64,000 nt of DNA. It comes from Schizochytrium sp. TIO01 (taxonomy: Eukaryota; Protista; Bigyra: Labyrinthulomycetes). The DNA is taken from positions 7,398,265 through 7,462,264 of the forward strand of contig SMSO01000014.1 in assembly GCA_004764695.1 (NCBI GenBank), written 5' to 3'. The translations under genes were made by a program, and so were the position numbers. Below the pieces are notes generated by a model that saw only the letters and a program-made list of their open reading frames with translations, ran no database searches and was not told the DNA's origin. Below are positions 55,220 to 64,000 of this stretch, piece by piece (positions within the stretch are counted from its first letter, which is position 1; every line of letters starts with the position of its first letter).

Positions 55220-57526
55220 ATGCCACCTGACTACGATCAGTATTCAAGTCCACTTTTGTGTACATCGTCTGTACATTCTCCATTACCTGTTTCTTGTGAG
55301 GATACAATGCAAGCAGATTCTTCGATTCCATCACTAAGATTTCCTTCTACCATCTCTGCAGCTTCAAGAGGTTTGCAAAAACCTTCGCCTTCAGTATCAC
55401 CAAGCCATTTGATTTCCACCAGCCTCGAATCTAAGGCACCCCCCACGACATCAACCACAATTCTTTCTAATTTCTCTCAAGGTTTTTCTTCATCAGCATT
55501 GCATAGCACTTCCGATATCCCATCCTTCTATTCCGTAAAAAAATCCTCGCCGCTTGAATCTGGATGTAAGGAGCCTACGGTAATTCAACCTACAACTACA
55601 CGGAAACGGGTCACACTCGCAATATCTTCGCCATCTTCATCATCTTCATCCACTAATGCACCTTCAAATGGTCTATTGTTATCGTCCAAATCTTCGAGAG
55701 CAGAGATGAACCAAATACCAGCCAAGACGAACTCGACAAAAACTATGGTTTCTTCGTTGGTTGCTAGCTCTGCCTCTGTGTTGCTGTCACCGCAAGTGAA
55801 TGTACGCAATGACGAGGACTCATCTCCGGTCCAAGGCGAAGACGATACAGATGAACTTGGTTCTGAAAAAACCATAGGAATTGGACAAGGTCACTTTGAT
55901 GGTGAAGAGGAAGAAACAGAGGGTGATGGACTGGAGCACAAGTGCCATATTTCATCTGGGGCTTCTTCTTCTTCTTCGACCACAGCAGCATCTTCAAGCT
56001 CGTCTACACGGTCGTCTCCATCGTCGTCTCCTTCCAGTTCTCCTTTGCGAAGAGCAGAACGCAACTTGACACATGATGGGAATGCCACTCAACAAGAAAA
56101 GCCTTGGGGCCCAGATGGCGAGCTCTACCACAAGAAGAGAAAAACAAAACGTTCTTCTTCTAAACAAAAGGTGCTGCAAATTAAAGCTGATTCTGCTTCG
56201 AATGATGGTTCTGCTGAACATGATCATGAAACTAAAAAGGTTGACGGAGGATTCGAACACTCTTTTGAGCAGGACGAAGTGAACGGCCAGAACAATAATA
56301 CCTCTATGACAGAGGTTATAGGTCTTGGTTTCTCCTCACTAGGTAGAAATCCATTTAAAAATAACCATTATCAACATCATCATCCTGCTGCTGCTGATGA
56401 TGACCATGAGGAGGAAAAAGGTATCTCACATGAAAATTTGGGCTCTCAACATCATTTAGAAAACCAGCTACTTTATTCGCAAGATGAGATATCAGCATCA
56501 CTTGGATCGAATGAGGAATCCATGGGCGTACAATCATCTATGATGTTATTTTCATCTCGATTCCCTTTTGCTTCTTCGTCATTTTCGTTTCCGCACCAAA
56601 ATTCTGAGGACGATTCTACAGCACATGTGACTTTCCCTCTTCATAGCCAATCATCATTTCTTTTTAGTGGTCGTCATAACTCGATGCAGAACACCATTGA
56701 ACAGGGTAATGATGAAGAGGGGGAACACAAACCGAACGAAAACCGTAATGAGGTGTTCATGCCCAGCGACTTCTGCAGTGACGAACACCACTCGGAAGAT
56801 GGAGATGGAGAAATGGAGGAACAAAATGAATTTTCTGAAGAAGTTGGTAATGAGGACGGACACGGGCGACCTTTGAAGAGGCAGCGCAAGCATTTTTCAT
56901 CATCATGGACTCCTTCTGCAACGTCGGGTTCATCTTCATTCCAAACCTCGGCGTTTGGCTTTGGGGATTTTCGTGATGCTGCTGTGCCTGGTCAGGGATC
57001 AGGAGAGGGGACATGGGACTCTAGGTGGACTAATGGTTTGTCTTCTTTCTCTTCTTCATTACAGCAACAGCAGCAGCAGGATTCCTCGTTTGCGTTTGCA
57101 CCCTTGTCATCGGCATTATACTTGCAGCCCTCTTCTTCTTCTTCTTCTTCTTCTTCTTCATCATCATCATCTGTTACGGCTCATGCATTTTCAGCTGCTT
57201 CATCAGAGCCAGGCTGTTCTGATTTCCACCTTCAAAATCCTTCAGGAGCTCAATTTTTCCCTCCCCACCCAACGTCTCCTCCTCCTCCTCCTCCTTCACA
57301 ATTTTTTGCCTCCTCTGCGCCATCATCATATCGCCCTCTTGACCATGACCATGACCAAAATCAAGACCAAAATCCGTACTATTTTGATTATCAGGATCCC
57401 CAGGATCCACGTGGTGACAGTGCTGAGGAAGACAAGGACATTGATCTTCCCCCTCGAGCTCGTCTTGGCGCGCCTGAAGGTCTTAGCGTTGAGGCTAGTA
57501 GTTCTTCCGCTCCTTCTTTTGCACAG

Positions 57527-57557
<31 letters not shown>

Positions 57558-59401
57558 CTTCTTTGTATCCTAACAGTGCGTATATTCCTAGTAGAAATGC
57601 CTACTACTACAACACCAATGTGGCTCAGAGTGGCGGTACTCCCACTACTAACACTACTATATCTACTACTGGTAGTGCGGCTCCTCCTTCTTCTTCTTCT
57701 ACTTCTTCAGGACTCAGGACTTCTCTTGCTAGTGATCATACTAACATCATGGTTTCCAGTAGGTACAACACTAGTCACTCTAACTACACCAGTGGCACTA
57801 GTCTTCCTCATCCTACGACTAGTGGTAGAAGAGGCCATCACAACAACCTCCCATCATCTTTGCATCCCTCTTTGCAAAACTGGAGCCCCCCACCGCCCTC
57901 CTCATCCTCCTCATCCTCCGGGCCTGCTCCAGGCTCTTCTTCTTCTCCTGCTTTGGCCTCCTCTCTGCACCAGGCAGGTCTCGAGAATAACAACCTCGCT
58001 CACAACAACAACAGCTCCTTTGTGGACTCTCTGTGGCATACGAACGAGGCAGCAGCAGGAGGAACAGCAACATCAGCAACCTCTGCTGCAGGAGTCCCCG
58101 TGGGAGGTTCTGGCATCGCCGGCGACCTGGCTTTCTTGTTCTCTAGCAACCCAACCAGCAGGTCGCCTGGCTCGCCTCGTGTTTCTACGAGTTCGTCACC
58201 GTCGCATTTACAGCACAACAGAGGTTTTGGCGGCGTGAAATGTGGTAAGACTGGATACTCAAGGACAGCCATCACCTCATCAGCGAACAATCCGAATATG
58301 GTCATGGCATCCTCCTTGAACGCATCAGAAGACAGTGACAGTTGGAATTTGCAGCGCAATCTCGTAGATATTTGGGATGCATACTCTGACGCAGATCTAA
58401 GATCTGCGACTGTGGTCTCTGGGGAGCTTGGGTTCGACACCCTTAATCTCACCAACTTTTTGGTTTCCAAGACGCAATGGACAGACCCCTCAGCCGTTCC
58501 ATGGGGGCTCTGGAAACTAGTAATTCTCCATTACGCTTTCGAAAGAGAAGACCCCGACTTTCTGGAGGAAGTGCTCGGTTTCGTTCTCGCACGGGAGGCC
58601 CAGACGGCACATCTTCGTCCGGACGCTCATTGCTTACCAGAGTATCATGGCCCTCCTCAAACAGCCCAAGGTTTTATTCAACTTATGGTACTATTGGCTA
58701 AACGATGCCCCGCGGAGCTCCGGCTTGATAGTATGTGCGTGCTCTTTGGTGTAGATCCGTCTCCTTACATTTCATTTCATGTGCCTACATCTTTGACGCA
58801 CCTTCGCACAGATTTCTTGCGCCATATCATCACTACCACTCCAAACACAGATGCCGAGATCTATCAATCTTGTATTCTTTACTTATTCTACACAATGAAC
58901 ATGTACAAACTCGATGACTTCAACCACACATCAGGCCATGCACTAGCGGAGGCGGGAGTACCTAAAGAATGTCTTCGAAGTATTCTCGCAGCTATGCAGG
59001 ACAGCAGTAGTGTTCCTCCTCCTCACCATCATCTGCAAAATCATAGCCATGTTCATCATGACCAGAGCCAACAGCTCAACATGACTTCTCAGGCGGATGC
59101 CCTCGATTCAATGTCAGCTGGACCAGGGGTCGTAGGTTCAACCATTGAGGCTTCAAATGACACCTCAAATGCTGGCTCGGATGATGGTGGCCAGTTACGC
59201 CTGATTGTCGAGGGTCAGTTTGTTTGCGAGGGTGTGAATGCAGACTTTCGTGTGGGCCTTGGTAGCAAAGGAAAGGCCAAAGTACGCATTGATGTTAACG
59301 GAAGTCACACGCGTATTACTCTACGCGACGAAGTTGCCCAGGAACTGGTGGATCAGCTTCGCGCGCCTGCTTGCCTTCGTTTGGCCTACAAACCCAGGTA
59401 A
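55220..59401 (+). CDS. Large Ser-rich low-complexity host protein with an ordered C-terminal domain of unknown family
   Basis: 1393-aa uninterrupted ORF; globular-looking region after ~aa 1040. Confidence 0.8.
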
Positions 59402-61212
59402 CTTGCGTCGTGACGGAAGAAGTATTGGGTCCAAAACTTTATCTGTTTTCCATTGAGTGATGGAGTTATGGTGGAGGTACCCCCAGGAAGAGGCTTCTGG
59501 CCCCTGTCGCAGCCTATATCTGCATGTCCATTGAGCCCTGATGGATTACTTAAAGGATTTGAAATTGATTGATTCTGTCGTTGTTGGCAAGCTTGCGAAA
59601 ACTGAGAGTTCAGGTATTGCGGTCGCTTTCGCATAGACCAGACTGAGGCTGTGAGCTGGGGGAGCTCGAGAGCCAGTCGATATTGCTGAGTATTTGCGAG
59701 GAAGGTAGCTGTCTCATCACTCTGAGTTGCGTCTGCAAGGTATAAAAGAAAGTCTTCATTAAATTCGAATGCGGTGGGGAACTGAAGCATGAGCTGGCGC
59801 ACGCAGTCGAGAAACAGCAAAAAGACTGGGGAGAATTCTTGGTCCGAGGTTGGCCTGCGGCATCGGTGCTTGAATTTATGCCCAAATGCGCACCACTCCT
59901 TTTCTACAAGTACTGCGAAGCCATCCAACGTTCGAAAGTATGGGTCACACATGAGTTGTGCCAAAGCACACATCTGTGCAGTTCGATCCCAACCATCTGA
60001 ACAATGAGTTAACACTGAGATACCCTCTATATCTAGTGTCTCTGCGAGACGCACAGAGGCGCGCAGAACTGCTTTGACATGTTGAACCCATCCCGAGTCC
60101 GCAATAGCTCCATAGAAGTCACCATCAAATTCTTGGTCCAAAGCCACGCGAACCAACTTCATATAGGAAGTACGGAGAGCGTGGATATTCTCAATGCAAT
60201 TGAACACTATATGCGCCCCTTTGTAATTATTTGGATTTTCTGTGCCCTTGCCAATCATTGCATTACCCATAGCAGCCATTTGGCTTCGGGCATCCATAAT
60301 CACATAACCGTGTTTTTCAACAGCGAATATATTACTCCAGACGCCAGCAACAAACTGGTGTACGCTGTTGCGATCTTCACTCTTTGTCGGTGAAGAGGAT
60401 TTTCTTGTTCCATTTATGGTTGAGTTGAAAGTGCTTCCTCCGTGTGTTTCTTTGGGCGAGGTTGGCGGGAGTGCCGCACTCAGGCCTGTTACACTCAATG
60501 CTTCGGCATCACATCCAGAAGAGTCGTCCCCCCCACCCATCATAAGCGCCTCAACTAGTTGCTCGTCCATTTCTGAGGTTTGGTTGCGTAGCCCGGCGAG
60601 AGGCTGGGCACTTCTTGCCATCACGGCACGGGTTCGTGGATGTACCCACGTAACAACAGGCAAGCGCCCGCTGCTGCGAAAAGCAGCTGATCCTTGGATA
60701 ACATCGTCGCCGACGTTTTGGGGAACAACAAGAAATCGGGGATAGCTATTACAAAGTTTATATCCTTCAGTCTGGTCGTAAATCCGTAAATAGCTAGGTA
60801 ATCCTTGACGAGCGAACTCTGCACGCGCGTCGTATATATTCCATCCATCTTTAAGCTCCGCACTCGTGCACAAAGCTTTCGCTCTTAAAATAGCATCGGA
60901 CTCCACAATCATTTGGCGGATTGCATGTGCTGCCCGTGAAGATTGTTCATTTGGCTTATCTGCTTGGTGAAAACTTACATGAAGCTCTCGAGGACCGCGC
61001 GTGAGAATACTGAGAGAGGATTTACTAGCCTTTGCGGATGACACAGACCCGATGGGAAGCCATTCCGGAGCCTTACCGGTCTCAGACTTGGCAACTCTGA
61101 ACGTGGTCACGCAGAAATACGCCTCAGGATCGCTACTGATTTGGGCGCCAAAAAGGACCTGTTCGCCTTGTGCAAGTTCCACACCTACCTGGCCGCCACG
61201 TGGAGCTGCCAT
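59386..61212 (-). CDS. Myotubularin-family phosphoinositide 3-phosphatase
   Basis: Active site HCSDGWDRT, YP..LVVP, FRS.GRLP, RSAQP, EKEWCAFGHKF, FPTAFEFNE; GRAM-like N-terminus. Confidence 0.95.
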   Translation of the reverse strand: MAAPRGGQVGVELAQGEQVLFGAQISSDPEAYFCVTTFRVAKSETGKAPEWLPIGSVSSAKASKSSLSILTRGPRELHVSFHQADKPNEQSSRAAHAIRQMIVESDAILRAKALCTSAELKDGWNIYDARAEFARQGLPSYLRIYDQTEGYKLCNSYPRFLVVPQNVGDDVIQGSAAFRSSGRLPVVTWVHPRTRAVMARSAQPLAGLRNQTSEMDEQLVEALMMGGGDDSSGCDAEALSVTGLSAALPPTSPKETHGGSTFNSTINGTRKSSSPTKSEDRNSVHQFVAGVWSNIFAVEKHGYVIMDARSQMAAMGNAMIGKGTENPNNYKGAHIVFNCIENIHALRTSYMKLVRVALDQEFDGDFYGAIADSGWVQHVKAVLRASVRLAETLDIEGISVLTHCSDGWDRTAQMCALAQLMCDPYFRTLDGFAVLVEKEWCAFGHKFKHRCRRPTSDQEFSPVFLLFLDCVRQLMLQFPTAFEFNEDFLLYLADATQSDETATFLANTQQYRLALELPQLTASVWSMRKRPQYLNSQFSQACQQRQNQSISNPLSNPSGLNGHADIGCDRGQKPLPGGTSTITPSLNGKQIKFWTQYFFRHDASYLGL

Positions 61213-61408
61213 GGTGTGACGGGTAGGCACTCGCGCGCTGATGGTTGTGTTGTAGTACTCCTACAGCGTACGTCCTATCCTCGAAGCTTCAGTTTGTTGC
61301 GTCGCTTGCGAAATTGCAGACTTTTCTTGGCTTTTTTGGTCTTTTTTTTCATCTCTAGAGGGTAGGTAGGCACTCATCATCAGCTTCTTCTTCTTCAAAT
61401 TCTTTTTC

Positions 61409-61443
<35 letters not shown>

Positions 61444-62103
61444 ATTGTTTATTAGAATGTACATACCACTTACTAATAGTACATTGCACTAAGTACTACG
61501 TATATGTTTAACTTTTATCTTACTAGCTTCAATTTATTTATTCTGCTTAGAATCCTGATCAAATTTAAGCCAAAGCATATTACAAATAGAGTGCCTAAGT
61601 AGGCAGGTAAATACTGGAACACCAATTAGCGCGACAACTCTGAATATTTAGAGTTGAAGCTTATTAAAAGTCAAAATAACCACTCTTACAGACAAGCTAC
61701 AAAGCTGTTCTCACGAGGTAAAATCACTCCTATCATAATCCTCCTATAATTTGCATTGAAAACGACCCATAGCCTCGCGAGCACTTCACTAATCATAGGC
61801 TATTTCTTTAAATTCCCAATAATTGTTGGACACACGATAGTCAATTACTATGGCTGGTGGTAGCTTACAGGATTGTCTTATAGGTGGGTCCACAACACTA
61901 CCAAGCGAGCCCACAAGCAAACAGTCAACCTGGTGCGAAAAGGATTGTATTCGCATCTATATCTAGCAGAATCAGCAAGACGCGGCGCCTTCTAGGTGCT
62001 AGTAGCGCCACGGTAAGCAGCAACACTACACCGCAGACGCCAATCCTGCAAACAAGGAAATAAAAGGGCGAGATAAGTAGAGAGGTTCAATCTCCAAGTG
62101 AGC

Positions 62104-63637
62104 ATGGATACTACAGGCGTTAAGGACGCGAAGAACCAGTTCGACTGCGCAGTAGGTAGGGGTCGTTTGAGCAACACCATTCTAGAGCACAAAGCACAAA
62201 AGAAACATAAAAAATCAAAGAAGGAAAAGAAAAAAAAGGACAAGAAGGAAAGAAGGAGGAAATCGACATCAGATGAACAAGCTCGTCCTCAAGGTCATCG
62301 CTTGTCGGCTCAGGAGCTTGCTGCACGCTATGGTGCTAAGGATCTGTCTGTTGAAGGGACTGCAAAAGATTCAGGAGTTGATTCTTTCCCTGGATCTTTA
62401 TATAGAGTTAAAGATTCTGATGTAGGTCTTGTAGTCAATCAGAAGCATTTGTATTTTCCGGGCAATGAGTCAGGTTATAGCTCTGCATCTTCGGGCAACA
62501 ATTACAGCTCCAGCAAGAATATGCCAAAACGCCATCGATTTGATTCCGAGTCCGATGCAGAGTCTGGAAATGGAGCCAACCAGGATAGGACTCTTGTTAA
62601 GGACACCAAACATGCTCAAGAAACAAATGCCCAACGCTCAAACTCACCATCAACATCGGGAAACCTATCAGAACACTGCAAGTCAAAGCTAAAGATGGAT
62701 AATACGCGTTCTTCACGCATCATGGAACGAGATCTTAGCCTCCTCGACGCAGATCAGCAAGGCGAAATGACTCAGACTCATCTCTAACGTCAAGTTCCAC
62801 GCACACAGGAAATGCAAAAATGCTAGAGAATCGCGTTCAAGTGAAGGTAAACATCAATCTCCAGTGGTTAGGAGAGACACATATCCTGACCTTAGTCCTC
62901 CACGGCGTAGGCCTAGAACTCGTAGCAACTCCTCAATGTCATCAATTTCAAGTTCAGGTGCAGTGGGCATTTCTCAGAGGGAACATGAAAGGCTAAGGCG
63001 TGGGCGGCTCGATTCAGATTCAAGTCACTCATCTAGTCCAGTTGAAAATGAAAAGTCCAATATAAGCCGTGACTTAAGTCCGCCTCGACGCAGAACACGC
63101 ATTGATTCTGAAGCATCAGAGATATCGGACTTATCAAATGATTCACATTATCTTTCTCGAGGCTTTAAAATCAATTCTGGTGAGGCCAAATCAAATCCAG
63201 CAACAACTTTTCGGGACGAGCATGGTCGCGTAATTGACATAGAAGCGTGTTTGAAAGAAAAGGAAAGAGCTCTCAAACAGACCTCTCATGCTAAAGCTCG
63301 ACTCAATGAAGGGTGGCGTATAGGTGCTGCTGATAAAGCCATGGAAGCACAAGCCCTCGTCAAACTTCAAGAAGCTCGTGAAACCCCTTTGCTGTGTATG
63401 AAAATGATCAACGGCTAAATGAATCTATTCGCCATATAGCTCGTGCAGAGGACCCCATGGCTAAATTTGCTAACCCCACATCTCAATTGAACAACGCTCA
63501 GCATGAGATATCACAAAAAAAATACCAAGGACCTCCAGCCACCAAACCGTTTTAATATTGCTCCTGGATATCGCTGGGACGGGGTCGATCGTTCTAATGG
63601 ATTCGAGCCTAAAGTACTGCAACGTATCCGCATGTAA
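62104..63637 (+). CDS. BUD13: Pre-mRNA splicing factor BUD13/Cwc26 (RES complex), frameshifted in this sequence
   Basis: DLSPPRRR repeats, TTFRD..GRVID, EDPMA and, in a further frame, [23 protein letters not shown]; at least three frame breaks. Confidence 0.88.
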
Positions 63638-64000
63638 TTTGATCATGGAGTAATTTATTATATGCATATCACATGTACATACATAATTTTAGTTCAGCAC
63701 TCTCAGTTGTAATACGTTATTCCTTTGTTCAAATCCTTTTAGTGTAAAATACTCGAGTCACTGCATCAGTACTACTGCTAATTAAGACATTTCTAGAATA
63801 TCCTCTTCTTATTACCAACTCTTTTGAGCATGGTTTACAATGGATTTGTGTGAATATTATCCTTTATTTTTAAGATTGAAGTTTTGACGAGCAATCCTCT
63901 TGGTGGCAAATACTCACTTACGAAAACGTTAGAACTTCTACTACCTCCAAATGGTAGTGTCTAGTCCATATCAACGATGTACTAATATCAATTAGGTCTT

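Noticed and set aside
56955-58238. 427-aa Leu-rich ORF
   Set aside because: Alternative frame of the (TCT)n-rich Ser-rich gene

Overview
Eukaryotic window with intron-poor genes, probably a stramenopile protist such as a thraustochytrid (inference), in four zones. (1) 1-34428 is a gene-dense, apparently intronless block that looks like an endogenous large dsDNA virus (Nucleocytoviricota- or Mirusviricota-like; no capsid gene is visible, so it cannot be classified here). It encodes an AEP primase/Zn-finger/UL9-like SF2 helicase fusion, an NCLDV-type OB-fold SSB, an OTU protease, a glycosyltransferase, a variant Fic protein, a SLATT protein, a modular antirepressor-like family, a triplicated orphan gene, a cluster of membrane proteins and Crinkler-like HNH and nuclease-kinase genes. 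It also holds a palindromic candidate replication origin. (2) 34429-41244 is a near-intact Ty3/Gypsy chromovirus-like retrotransposon on the minus strand. Its 3' LTR breaks off after 52 bp exactly where the virus-like block begins, and its 5' end interrupts a P-loop NTPase gene. (3) ~41650-55200 is AT-rich, gene-poor DNA with decayed copies of the same LTR. (4) 55220-63637 has host genes: a Ser-rich protein, a myotubularin and a frameshifted BUD13. The main leads are the possible integration of the viral block into an LTR, an HNH cassette bounded by a 61-bp perfect direct repeat, and an origin-like palindrome near the origin-binding-type primase-helicase. All protein calls come from motif recognition, not database searches.
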